Source: an uncultured Actinomycetes bacterium (GTDB lineage: Bacteria > Actinomycetota > Thermoleophilia > RBG-16-64-13). Taken from it: 64,000 nt of DNA. Numbering within the stretch: position 1 is the stretch's first letter; every line of letters begins with the position of its first letter. Below the pieces are notes generated by a model that saw only the letters and a list, made by a program, of their open reading frames with translations, did no database searches and was not told the origin of the DNA. Positions 49,199 through 59,528 of the stretch are shown here, one piece after another. Both the position numbers and the translations under genes were made by a program. The DNA is taken from contig CAVPLM010000003.1 of NCBI GenBank assembly GCA_963706025.1, positions 64,001 to 128,000 of the forward strand. Reading direction: 5' to 3'.

Positions 49199-49894
49199 TC
49201 AGCTGGTGGTCGTAGTCTCCCCCACCGCTTGGGGACTCACCCGAACGGTCCCCCGATACCATGGCGGGTTGTACAGCAGCAACGGCTCGTACCCGGCGGG
49301 GCCCTTGAACGTCAGCAACAGATCGAGCGAGGCGTTCTTGAGCAGACTACGTGGAAGCGGCCCTGAGAGCGTCGGTTCGATGCTCACCACCGTATCCCCG
49401 ATCGCACACGCGAAGTCGTTCGGATCGACCCGGATGGGATCCGTTTCCCGGTTCTCCACGCGCACATAGGCCTGATAGAAGGATTCACCGGCCGCAGGAG
49501 CCGTGGGTGTCTGCTCGCTAACGCGCTGGGCAGGCACTGCCGGCTGGAAAGTAGCCTGTAGGGCCCGAACGGTCACGAGCGCAGACCCCACCTCGAGAGC
49601 ATCACCCACTTCCCCTTCGATGTCCCCCGACTGCGCTCCTTCCCCCGTGGTGGAAGAGGACGTAGTCTCGCCATCAGCCCCGTTCTCGTCCCCATCGCAA
49701 CCGGAGGCCACCGGGAGGCACACAAGACCGACCAACAACAGAAGCAGCGCCGAGATCCTGCGCCGCCGCGAGCTGCCTGTCCGCGAGCCGTGCGTCCCTG
49801 GGCCATGGGCCTCCGAGCCCCTCGAGTCTACCCCGGCTGGGGTCACAGAACCTGCGGGGGCTGAAGTCATAGATGTCAAGACGTGTCCGGACAC
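49199..49894 (-). CDS. Ig-like lipoprotein (DUF4352-like)
   Basis: RRR plus hydrophobic stretch plus ASGC lipobox; GEVGDAL, VRVENR...VDPNDF. Confidence 0.65.
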   Translation of the reverse strand: MSGHVLTSMTSAPAGSVTPAGVDSRGSEAHGPGTHGSRTGSSRRRRISALLLLLVGLVCLPVASGCDGDENGADGETTSSSTTGEGAQSGDIEGEVGDALEVGSALVTVRALQATFQPAVPAQRVSEQTPTAPAAGESFYQAYVRVENRETDPIRVDPNDFACAIGDTVVSIEPTLSGPLPRSLLKNASLDLLLTFKGPAGYEPLLLYNPPWYRGTVRVSPQAVGETTTTS

Positions 49895-49901
49895 GGCCCT
49901 A

Positions 49902-50903
49902 TCATACGCGCAGGACTTGAGGGTTGACCATGTGTGGGACTGTGTCCCCGCGGATGGCTGCTATGGCGTTGCGGGCAGCCAGCTCGGCCATCCGCCCCCT
50001 GGTCTCCACGGTGGCGCTGCCCAGATGGGGGAGGAGCACGACGTTGTCGAGCTCCGCCAGACCCTCGGTCAGTTCCGGCTCGCGCTCGTAGACGTCGAGA
50101 CCGGCTCCGCCCAGGTGGCCGGTCTTTCAGAGACTGCACAAGGGCGACCTCATCGATCACGGGTCCACGGGAGGTGTTGACCAGGTACGATCCCGGCCGC
50201 ATCGCGCGCCAGCTCCCGAGCCCCGATGAGATGGTGCGTCTCCTTGCTCAAAGGTAGGTGCAGACTCACTATGTCCGCCTCCCTCAGGAGTTCTTCCAGG
50301 CTCGGGCGGTACTCCCACCGTGCGCCGGGCGGCAGGGACGCCGGGGCCAGCGGGCCACTCGCTCTCGTGTAGAGCACCCGCATGTCAAAGCCCAGAGACC
50401 GGCGGGCGACGGCCTGTCCGATGCGACCCATGCCCACGATGCCCAGTGTGGCGCCGGCGACCGCGCGCCCCAGCAGCATGAACGGGCTCCACCTTTCGAA
50501 ACGCCCATCCCTGACCATGAGATCACCTTCGACCACCCGCCGGACGGTGCTCAGGATGAGGGCCCAGGTCAGATCGGCGGTCGCGTCGGTGAGCACACCG
50601 GGGGTATTGGTGACCAGGATCCCGCGCCTCGAGGCGGCGCCGACATCCACGTTGTCGATAGCCCACCGCCATGTTGGAGATCACCCGCAGTCGTGGACCT
50701 GCCGCTGCCATGACCTCCTCGTCTATGGTCTCCGAGAGCAGGCACAGCAGCGCGTCTGCGCCGCGTATTCCCCGCAGCAGCTCTTCCCGGGTGGGCGGAC
50801 GATCCTCGCCACCCCCGGTGACCTCGAACGCTTCGTGGACCAGCGTGAAACCCGGCTCCGGGATGCGTCGGGTCAGAAACAATCGCGGCCTAGAGGAATC
50901 CAT
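49902..50903 (-). CDS. D-glycerate dehydrogenase / glyoxylate reductase (about 3 frameshifts)
   Basis: [15 protein letters not shown]|[48 protein letters not shown], spread over frames. Confidence 0.88.
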
Positions 50904-50928
50904 GGCCGGTCCAGTATATCCTTAGCGC

Positions 50929-51844
50929 ATGCTTGGACGGATCCAGTGGGCACGTGCTCGTGGACCGACCCCACCATGGTGCGGGCCTGGTACCCGGCGG
51001 GCGTCCGCACCGCGGCAGACCGCCTTCGCTACTACGCGGCCCAGTTCGACACCGTGGAGGTCGATTCCACGCTTCTACGGCCTCCCCACGTCGGCCACGT
51101 CCCGCCTGTGGGCCGAGCGGACCCCGCCCGGGTTCGTGTTCCACGTCAAGGCTTTCGGCATGCTGACCAGACATGGGGTGCGGCCGGAGGGACTCCCGGC
51201 TCCGGTGCGCGCCGAGCACGACTTCGAACTCGATCGTTACGGCCGCATCCTGCACCCGTCGGCGGAGCTGCGCGCGCAGGTCTTTTCGCTCTTTTCCGAA
51301 GCCCTCCAGCCACTACGGGACCAAGGACAAGCTGGGGCTCATCCTTCTCCAGTTCCCGCCGTACTTCGTGGCCAACCAGAGCAATCGAGACTACATCGCC
51401 CGATGCGCGGCTCTGCTGCCTGCCCGACAGGGTGGCGGTAGAGTTCAGACATGCGTCCTGGGTGGAACCGGCGGAACTGGACGACCACACTCGATCTGCT
51501 CACTTCCCTCGGTCTCACCTATGTCTGTGTCGACGAACCTCGCCTGCCGGGCCCGACGGTCCTGCCCCCGCTCACCGCCGTGACCGCCGACACGTCGTAT
51601 GTGCGCTTCCACGGCCGCAACGCCGCCACCTGGAACGCCCGGGTGGGCTCTGCGGCCGAGCGCTTCAAGTACTTCTACTCAGCCCGAGGAACTGGCCGAA
51701 TGGGTGGAGCCCGTTCGCCATCTGCAGGAGCAGGCCCAGGCCACCTATCTCATGTTCAACAACTGCTTCGCCGACTACGCCCCGCGTAATGCCCAGCAGA
51801 TGATGTCCCTGCTCGACCCTGGCCGAGCCGACGGGTCTCAGTGA
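50929..51844 (+). CDS. DUF72 family protein (multiple frameshifts)
   Basis: VGTCSWTD, YYAAQFDTVEVDS, LLQFPP, VEFRH.SW, CVDEP, YVRFHGRN, MFNNC, spread over frames. Confidence 0.88.
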
Positions 51845-51867
51845 AAGGGGTGGCGCCCCGCCAGGGG

Positions 51868-51914
51868 CCCCGGCCGACGACGCCCGAAACGCCGCGACCC
51901 CGGCCGACGACGCC
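51868..51914. repeat. Intergenic direct repeat, 17 bp x2, period 30
   Basis: CCCCGGCCGACGACGCC at 51868 and 51898. Confidence 0.7.
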
Positions 51915-51980
51915 TCGATAAGAGACGATCGTCCTTGACCCAAGCTCCGCCTATCTCCCGACGGCCCGGGTCGCCCTCGA

Positions 51981-53335
51981 TCAGACCTTGGGCAGGTTCT
52001 TCATCGCCTCTTTGATCTTCTCTTCCGGGTACGCGTAGTCCTCGAGCTTGCCATCCAGGTAGTTGTCGTACGAGCCCATGTCGAAGTGGCCGTGCCCGCT
52101 CAAATTGAACAGGATGGTCTTCTCGTCGCCGGACTGCTTGCAGTCCTCGGCCAACTGCCTGACCACGGCGATGGCGTGATTACTCTCCGGGGCCGGGATG
52201 ATGCCCTCGGAGCCGGGAGAAGCTGACGCCGGCCGAGAAGACGTCGTTCTGCATGACCGACCGCGCCTCGACCAGGCCAAGCTGGTGCGCATGCGACAGC
52301 ATGGGGGCCATGCCGTGGTAGCGCAGGCCGCCGGCGTGGATGCCCGGCGGGATGAAATCGTGACCCAGGGTGTCCATCTTGACCAGGGGCGTCAGTTTGG
52401 CCGTGTCGCCATAGTCGAACGCGTAGACGCCCTTGGTCATGCTGGGGCAGGCTGCCGGCTCGACCGCGATGATACGGGTCTTCTTGCCTTTCTTGATGTT
52501 CTCGCCCACGAACGGGAAGGCGATGCCGGCGAAGTTGGAGCCGCCACCGACACATCCCACCACGAAGTCGGGGTATGCATCGGCCATCTCCAACTGCTCG
52601 ATGGCTTCCTGGCCGATGACCGTCTGATGAAGCAACACGTGGTTCAAAACCGATCCCAGGGAATAGTGGGTGTCGTCGCGCTTGGCGGCCACTTCCACCG
52701 CCTCGCTGATGGCTATTCCCAGGCTTCCGGGAGAATCCGGATCCTGCGCCAGGATGGCCCGGCCGCATTCGGTGGTGTCGGAGGGACTCGGTATGACCTC
52801 CGCTCCCCACACACGGATCATGCTCCGGCGATAGGGCTTCTGGAAGTAGGAGACCTTGACCATGTACACCAGGCACTCCATGCCCAGAAGCTGGCAGGCC
52901 AGCGAGAGCGCGGAGCCCCACTGACCGGCGCCGGTCTCTGTGGTGAGCTTGGTGATGCCTTCCTGCTTGTTGTACCAAGCCTGGGCAATAGCCGTGTTCG
53001 GCTTGTGAGAACCGGCCGGGCTCGACGCCTTCATACTTGAAGTAGATCTTGGCGGGGGTGCCCAGGGCTTTCTCCCATCGCGCGGCTCGCATCAGCGGGG
53101 TCGGGCGCCACAGCTTGTAGATCTCCCGGACCTCGTCAGGGATCTCGATCCAGGGCTCCGCCGACATCTCCTGCATGATGAGGCCCATCGGGAACAAGGG
53201 AGCCAGGTCGTCGGGACCGGCCGGTTGCAGAGTTCCCGGGTGGAGGGGCGGCGGCGGGGGGGCGGGAAGATCTGGCGCAATGTTGTACCACGCCGTCGGG
53301 ATTCTGTCTTCCGGTAGCAGATACTTGATCGCCAT
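51981..53335 (-). CDS. trpB2: TrpB2-type PLP enzyme (frameshifts near 53025 and 52215)
   Basis: [60 protein letters not shown]. Confidence 0.92.
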
Positions 53336-53474
53336 GCCTTTCTGCCTTTCCATCCTTTGGGGGGCGTGTAGGGATGCAAGGTAGCACAACGCCAATGAAC
53401 ATGCATCGAGCGCGGGTAACAAGGGTATGCTAACGGCGACAAGATTCACCGTGCCATCGGACCCAGGAGGCACA

Positions 53475-55037
53475 ATGGCTATCCTCCCCACCTTGACGCC
53501 GGATACGTTGGAATTCGTGCTCCTCTCGTTCGAAGGACCGGATGAGTACGCTATGGCCGGCGGACTGGGCGTGCGCATGAAGGAGTTGGCCCTCGAGCTC
53601 GCTCGTCAGGGTTACCGGACGCACTTTGTGTTCGTGGGCGACCCGCATCTGCCCGCGCGGGAGTCCCCGGTAGAGAATCTGACCCTCCATCGGTGGTCAC
53701 AGTGGCTTTCTGCCCACTACCCAGCCGGTGTCTATCAGGGTGAGGAGCCGAAGGTCGTCGACTGGAACGAGCAGCTCCCCGGCTTCGTGGCATCCAGACT
53801 GGTGGCGCCGGCCGCCGCGAACAGGCGCCTGACCGCCATTATGGCCGAGGAGTGGCACACGGCTTATGCCACCTGCCAAGTCTCCGACCGCCTGTGGGTC
53901 GATGGACTGCGCGACAAGGCCATCATCCTTTGGAACGCGAACAACGTGATGGGTTTCGACCGCATCAACTGGGGACGGCTTGACTTCTGTACGCAGATCA
54001 CCACCGTCTCCCGCTACATGAAACACGTCATGTGGGACAAGGGGGTCAATCCCTTGGTCATTCCCAATGGCATCCCCGGCGACCGGATCCGCCGGGCCGA
54101 TCACGCGTTGATAGGCCGGCTGCGGGCCGCTCTCCCCGGGCGAGAGCTGATCTTCAAGATCGGCCGCTTCAGTCCCGACAAGCGCTGGAATATGGCTGTT
54201 GAGGCTGTGGCCGAAGAGAAGAGACGCGGCCGCGACGTAGCCATGGTGATCCGGGGCGGAATCGAACCACATGGGATGGAGATCCTTGCCAACGCGCGCG
54301 GTCAGGGTCTAACTGTGGTCGACGTCAAGCTACCACGGGAAGTGGACCAGGCTATCAGTGCCCTGGCCGACACCCCCCCGGCCGACATCTACAACCAGAC
54401 CAGTTTCATGAGCGACGAACTCGTCTCCCTGCTGTACGAGGGCTCAGACGCCGTGCTGGCCAATTCCGGCCACGAGCCGTTCGGGCTGGTGGGCCTGGAG
54501 GTCATGGCTGCCGGCGGGATCGCTTTCGTGGGTTCGACCGGCGAGGACTACGCCGTGCCCTACCTCAACTCGGTGGTGCTCGATACAGATGACCCCTCCG
54601 AGATAAACGTCGCCTTGGAGTTCTTGCGCACTCACCCGGAGGTGGTCGCCCGGATGCGTGCCGATGCCCAGGAGACCGCCCGGAGCTTCAGTTGGGACAA
54701 CGTCATCGCGGACAGCCTGGTGGGCAAGCTCGAGTACGTCGCCCTGCGCCAGGTCGTGAACCCGCCGGTCGGCGATCTCCCCAGACCCTCTCGCGAGCCC
54801 CGGACCATGGAAGCCGCAGTCGGGAACGGAGAAGGATGCGACTCGCTCCCTTACGGCGGTCAATCGGTGAGCCGGCGGCTGCCGGTCAAACCCCGGTCCT
54901 CGACTCGCAGCCCGAAGCCGGCCGAGGCCCCGGCCGAACAGGAAGGGCCTGTGATCGAAGAGCCGGGAGCCGCGGCGGCCGGCGCCGCGCCCGCGACCCA
55001 GAGCAGCCCCAAGACCAAACGCAAACCGGCTCGCTGA
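53475..55037 (+). CDS. GT4-family glycosyltransferase
   Basis: [38 protein letters not shown]; RBS AGGAGG; disordered C-terminal tail. Confidence 0.88.
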   Translation: MAILPTLTPDTLEFVLLSFEGPDEYAMAGGLGVRMKELALELARQGYRTHFVFVGDPHLPARESPVENLTLHRWSQWLSAHYPAGVYQGEEPKVVDWNEQLPGFVASRLVAPAAANRRLTAIMAEEWHTAYATCQVSDRLWVDGLRDKAIILWNANNVMGFDRINWGRLDFCTQITTVSRYMKHVMWDKGVNPLVIPNGIPGDRIRRADHALIGRLRAALPGRELIFKIGRFSPDKRWNMAVEAVAEEKRRGRDVAMVIRGGIEPHGMEILANARGQGLTVVDVKLPREVDQAISALADTPPADIYNQTSFMSDELVSLLYEGSDAVLANSGHEPFGLVGLEVMAAGGIAFVGSTGEDYAVPYLNSVVLDTDDPSEINVALEFLRTHPEVVARMRADAQETARSFSWDNVIADSLVGKLEYVALRQVVNPPVGDLPRPSREPRTMEAAVGNGEGCDSLPYGGQSVSRRLPVKPRSSTRSPKPAEAPAEQEGPVIEEPGAAAAGAAPATQSSPKTKRKPAR

Positions 55038-55063
55038 AGAGCCCGGCTCGCTTAGGAGCGATC

Positions 55064-56275
55064 ATGGCCGAGAACCTGGTCACCTACTGTGTGATCCATC
55101 AGCCTCGCCGTATCCACCTGCCGGCGCAGGTCATCCCCGCGGGCACCAAGCCCGGCGCGATGGCTCCCTACCTGTTCGACGATCGCATGAACCGCCGCTA
55201 CTTCGAAAAGGTCGCCCGTTGGTGCTACTACCCGGCGGTCGACATGTTCATCGACATGCTCGACCATGGTTTCAAGCTGGGCCTGGGGTTCTCGGTCAGC
55301 TTCCTCTGGCAGTTGCGCCACTGGGATCGCACGTTGGCCGAACGTTTCCGCAAGCTGGTAGCCCACCCCAACTGCGAATTGGTGGGGGTGGAGCCTTATC
55401 ACAGCTTCGTCTTCGCCATCGACATCAAGCTCTTTCAGAGAGAGATGCACCGGGGCAAAACGTACGCCGAGGAGTTCTTCGAAAAAGAGATCTGCGTCAC
55501 CGACACCACAGAGATGGTGATGAACAACGAGATCTACTACGCCCTCCTGCAGTCCGGCTACAAGGCCGGGGTCCTCGATGGCCGACCCTGGGTGATGGAG
55601 TGGCGGGAGCCCACCCATCTCTACAGTCATGGAGGGCGCAGTCTCGCTCTGTTCTGCCGACACCATCAACTGTCCGACGACGTCGGCTATCGCTTCAGCA
55701 ACCGCACTTGGTCAAGCTATCCCCTTCGTGCCGACACCTACGCCGCCAACCTGCGCAAAGCCTGGGGCGACTTCGTCTTCATCGGCTGGGACTTCGAGAC
55801 CTTCGGCGAGCACCACAACCTCGACACGGGGATCTTCGAGTTCATGCGCGCCCTGCCTTCCGAGCTGAAGAAGCACGGAGTCCGTTGCCTGCTGCCGAGT
55901 GAAGCGCTGGAGGAGTTCGGGAAAGGTAGTCTGCCTGACTTGCCCCTGCCCGAGTTCGGCACAACGTGGGCCGGCTCGGGAGGAATGGAGTTCTTCCTTG
56001 GCAACGCCTCGCAGCAGGCTCTCTTCCGGCTGATGCACTCCGTCCTCCACAAGGCGCGTCTCACCGGAGACCGCACGCTTGTGGACCTAGCTCTGTGGCT
56101 GCTGCAGTCGGACAATCTCCACCTTATCCAATGGGCCGGTCGTTCCGGCTCCGAGGCTGAGGTTTCAGCCTATTTCACTCCCGATGAGTGGTGGGATCTC
56201 GGCCCAGATCGCATCCTGACCGAGCAACAACGTGTATACACCAACTTCCTCCGGGCGATGGACGCCCACGTGTGA
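55064..56275 (+). CDS. GH57 glycoside hydrolase (alpha-amylase-like)
   Basis: IHQPRR, EPYHS, TTEM, LSDDVGYRFS, DFETFGEH, LQSDN. Confidence 0.85.
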   Translation: MAENLVTYCVIHQPRRIHLPAQVIPAGTKPGAMAPYLFDDRMNRRYFEKVARWCYYPAVDMFIDMLDHGFKLGLGFSVSFLWQLRHWDRTLAERFRKLVAHPNCELVGVEPYHSFVFAIDIKLFQREMHRGKTYAEEFFEKEICVTDTTEMVMNNEIYYALLQSGYKAGVLDGRPWVMEWREPTHLYSHGGRSLALFCRHHQLSDDVGYRFSNRTWSSYPLRADTYAANLRKAWGDFVFIGWDFETFGEHHNLDTGIFEFMRALPSELKKHGVRCLLPSEALEEFGKGSLPDLPLPEFGTTWAGSGGMEFFLGNASQQALFRLMHSVLHKARLTGDRTLVDLALWLLQSDNLHLIQWAGRSGSEAEVSAYFTPDEWWDLGPDRILTEQQRVYTNFLRAMDAHV

Positions 56276-56337
56276 GCGGCTGCGCGTCGCATCCACGTCA
56301 TCGTTGAGTCACCAGTCCCGCATGCCTGAGCCGCTAC

Positions 56338-58653
56338 ATGCCTAGGCCGCTACATGTAGCATTCGTCTGGCACATGCACCAGCCGTACTACCGGTCGCCC
56401 GGCACCGGAGCGTTCGCGTTGCCTTGGGCGCGGATGCACGCCCTGAAGGACTACCTGGACATGGTGGAGACTCTCGGCCGCTACCCCGAGATCCACCAGA
56501 CCTTCAATCTGGTTCCCTCTTTGGTGGAACAGTTGGAGTGCTACGCCGCCGGCGATTTCGTGGATGTCTACTGGGAGCACACCCTCAAGCCCGCCACCGA
56601 GCTCCGCCCGGCCGAGCGGGCTTTCGTCGTGGAGCGCATGTGCGAGCACCCCGATCATCCCCGGGCGCGCTCCCATCCCCGATACCTCGAGCTTGCCCGC
56701 AAGCGGGAGGCGCACGCGTCCCACGGGTGGGAAGCGTGCGCCCGAGCTTTTACAACCGACGAGCTCCGCGACCTACAGGTATGGTTCAATCTGGCCTGGT
56801 TCGACCCTGAGGTCCTTGAGAGCGGAGCCCTCTCGGGCTTGGTGCATCATGGTCGAGACTTCACCGAGGAGGACAAGCTGCTCCTGGCCGAGGTCCAAGC
56901 CCACATCCTATCCCGCACCCTCCCGGCCTATCGCGCCGCTGCCGGCCGAGGGCAGATCGAGATCTCCACGTCTCCGTACTATCATCCCATCCTCCCCCTC
57001 CTGGCGAACAGTGACTCAGCGCGCATCGCAGCGGCCGACACGCTGCTCCCCCCGCGGCGCTTCGCTCATCCCGAGGATGCCGCCGAGCAGGTCCGAACAG
57101 CCGTAGCCAAGCACACCGAGGTCTTCGGGCAAGCTCCGAAAGGCATGTGGTGTTCGGAGCAGGCCGTCGGTGAAGACGTGATCCCCCTCTTGATCGATGC
57201 CGGCCTGAAGTGGACCATCTCCGACGAGACGGTCCTTGCCCGGTCTCTTTCCGGCGCGGCTGCGCCGGCGGTCGCCGGCTTGAGCGCGCCCTGGACGGCC
57301 GGTCCCGGTAGGGACGCCTCCTCCGTTGGACACGACGGACTCATCCTGGAGGGGCCTCCCAGCCCAGCCACCTTGGCATCTTCCAGCCGCCTCCCTCCCC
57401 AAGTTCTCTATGCCCCCTACCGGCTTGAAAGGGAGGAAGGTCGGGTCGCCATCGTGTTTCGCGACCACACCCTCTCCGACCTGATTGGCTTCGCCTACCA
57501 ATCCTGGGCGGCCCGCGACGCTGCCGCCGATCTGCTCCACAGGCTGCGGGAAATAGGAGCGGCCCTCTTCTCAGCCCCTCGCGACCCGGTTGATATACCG
57601 CTCGTCACCATCGCCCTGGATGGCGAGAATGCTTGGGAGTACTACCCACGTGACGGGCGTGACTTCCTCGAGTATCTCTACGAAGGCCTGAGTGCCGACA
57701 CCAGCTTCCGCTGCGTGACGATCTCGGAGCATCTCAGTGAAGCACCCCCCAACCGATCTCTAGGATGGCTACATACGGGCTCCTGGATCGGCGGAGACCT
57801 GCGCACGTGGAGCGGTGACAGAGCCCACAACAGCGCGTGGGAAGCGCTCCACCAAGCGCGGGACCTTGCAGCCTTTCGCCGCCGAGTTGCGCGACAAGAC
57901 GGGGGGCCATCGGGTTTCGAGACGGAAGGGGACTTAGCAGAATCGGCCTGGCGCCACATCATGATCGCCGAGGGCAGCGACTGGTTCTGGTGGTTTGGCG
58001 ACCATCATCATAGCGACCTGGACCACATCTGGGACCGCGATTTTCGCCGCCATCTTCAAGAAGTCTATCGGATCCTTGGGGAACGCGTTCCGGAACGACT
58101 CTTTCTTCCGCTTCTGGAACAGGCGCCGTCAACACTGCCCTCCCGCCCTCAGGCGGAGCTGGATCCGGTCATCGACGGCCTTGTGGGCATCGGTCCTGAT
58201 GGCGACGGTTCGGAGTGGGACGCAGCGGGCTATCTGGCCCCGGACCTTCCTTCCACGATGCAACGCGCGGAAGGGACGCAGATCCGAGCGGTCCGGTTCG
58301 GTTGGAGCCGAGGCCGGTTGTGTTTGCTGGTGGTCCCGGGGTCTTCGACTCTTCTTGCCGGCCTCGAGATCGAGGTCCGTGTGACCCGCATCGAGGGGGG
58401 AGACAATCCGGTTTTCTCCATAACACTGGAAGAGGAGGGACGTGCTGGAGTAAGCTGCATGGAGTGCAGCGGCCCGGCAGTGGAGGCCGAAGTCGCCTGG
58501 AGGGAGGTGGTCGAGATATCGATCCCATCGGCCATCACGGGTGTGGCCGCCTCCGAGCTGTCCGGTGTGGTTCTGCGCATCGGGCGTAGCGGGCTGACCG
58601 AGCACGTGTTTCATACGGCGGGGCTGGCTTCTCTGGGGTGGGGAGAAGAATGA
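56338..58653 (+). CDS. GH57 glycoside hydrolase (amylopullulanase-like)
   Basis: WHMHQPYY, PYYHPILPL, WCSE, ALDGENAWEYY, GSWI, AEGSDWFWW. Confidence 0.92.
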   Translation: MPRPLHVAFVWHMHQPYYRSPGTGAFALPWARMHALKDYLDMVETLGRYPEIHQTFNLVPSLVEQLECYAAGDFVDVYWEHTLKPATELRPAERAFVVERMCEHPDHPRARSHPRYLELARKREAHASHGWEACARAFTTDELRDLQVWFNLAWFDPEVLESGALSGLVHHGRDFTEEDKLLLAEVQAHILSRTLPAYRAAAGRGQIEISTSPYYHPILPLLANSDSARIAAADTLLPPRRFAHPEDAAEQVRTAVAKHTEVFGQAPKGMWCSEQAVGEDVIPLLIDAGLKWTISDETVLARSLSGAAAPAVAGLSAPWTAGPGRDASSVGHDGLILEGPPSPATLASSSRLPPQVLYAPYRLEREEGRVAIVFRDHTLSDLIGFAYQSWAARDAAADLLHRLREIGAALFSAPRDPVDIPLVTIALDGENAWEYYPRDGRDFLEYLYEGLSADTSFRCVTISEHLSEAPPNRSLGWLHTGSWIGGDLRTWSGDRAHNSAWEALHQARDLAAFRRRVARQDGGPSGFETEGDLAESAWRHIMIAEGSDWFWWFGDHHHSDLDHIWDRDFRRHLQEVYRILGERVPERLFLPLLEQAPSTLPSRPQAELDPVIDGLVGIGPDGDGSEWDAAGYLAPDLPSTMQRAEGTQIRAVRFGWSRGRLCLLVVPGSSTLLAGLEIEVRVTRIEGGDNPVFSITLEEEGRAGVSCMECSGPAVEAEVAWREVVEISIPSAITGVAASELSGVVLRIGRSGLTEHVFHTAGLASLGWGEE

Positions 58654-59528
58654 AACGATTCGACATCATCACGTTTCTGAGCGACTTCGGCTGGAACGGT
58701 GGGTACGTCGCCGCCTGCGAGGCCGTCATCACCCGAGTGCGCCCGCTCGCCCGAGTCTCAAACATCTCGCATGAGGTCGCGGTGGGTGATGTAGCTGCTG
58801 GAGCGATGATCCTTGCGCGTGTGGCCCCGCTCTATCTGCCCGCCGTGCACCTGGCCGTCATAGACCCGGGAGTGGGGATGGACCGCCGGCCGCTTGCCAT
58901 CACCGCGGATCGCGGGGACGTTCTGGTCGGCCCCGACAACGGCTTGCTCATGCAGGCTGCCGAGGCTCTCGGAGGCCTGCGCGATGTCTGGCTCCTCGAT
59001 CCAGAGCGGGTGCGCGCCGAAGCCGGCCTTCCCCCCGCCGCGGTCTCATCCACGTTCCACGGACGCGACGTGTTTGCTCCGGCCGCTGCTCTATTCTCTG
59101 AGGCCGTCGATCCGGCCCGGTGCGGTCTGGCCCTGGACCCGTCTGCCCTTGTGCGCCTGACCCCGCCTGTTTGGCGGATCTCCCCAGAAGGAGCGACGGC
59201 CCAGGTTGTCGAGATCGACCGTTTTGGCAACGTGGGGCTGGCTCTGCCCTTCGATCATTTCGCACCGCAGGCAGATACCCTGACGGTGGAGATAGAAGGG
59301 GAGGGGCTGCCCGAATGGACAGCCCGATCCGTGCAGACTTTTGGCGAACTCCGCCCCGGGGAACTGGGACTCCTTCGCGACTCCTGGGGGCAGGTCGCTC
59401 TGGCGCTCAACGGGGCGAGCGCCGCTCAGCTACTTTCGGTGCAACGGGGCATGACCGTACGACTGACAAGACCAGCCGCCCGCCCATACGACCCACCTTC
59501 TCTCGGCCCAAAGAGTGGCCAAGGATAG
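58650..59528 (+). CDS. SAM hydroxide adenosyltransferase (DUF62, chlorinase/fluorinase family)
   Basis: SDFG, DPGVG..RR, GPDNGLL, STFHGRDVF, IDRFGN; ATGA overlap. Confidence 0.9.
   Translation: MKRFDIITFLSDFGWNGGYVAACEAVITRVRPLARVSNISHEVAVGDVAAGAMILARVAPLYLPAVHLAVIDPGVGMDRRPLAITADRGDVLVGPDNGLLMQAAEALGGLRDVWLLDPERVRAEAGLPPAAVSSTFHGRDVFAPAAALFSEAVDPARCGLALDPSALVRLTPPVWRISPEGATAQVVEIDRFGNVGLALPFDHFAPQADTLTVEIEGEGLPEWTARSVQTFGELRPGELGLLRDSWGQVALALNGASAAQLLSVQRGMTVRLTRPAARPYDPPSLGPKSGQG

Noticed and set aside
51868-51914. Direct repeats as a mini-CRISPR
   Set aside because: Only two 17-bp GC-rich units with a 13-bp gap; no cas genes or leader.
12530-53030. Frameshifts in the binding protein, dedA, MFS, yhaM, accD, corA, glycerate dehydrogenase, DUF72 and trpB2 as pseudogenes or programmed frameshifts
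   Set aside because: Mostly single extra bases with no slippery motifs. Both halves are intact, a normally essential gene (accD) is affected, and they cluster at 49.9-53.0 kb. This fits uncorrected sequencing error.
58650-59528. Fluorinase or chlorinase activity
   Set aside because: STFHGRD retains the His of the DUF62 Asp-Arg-His hydrolase triad, so a SAM hydrolase is more likely.
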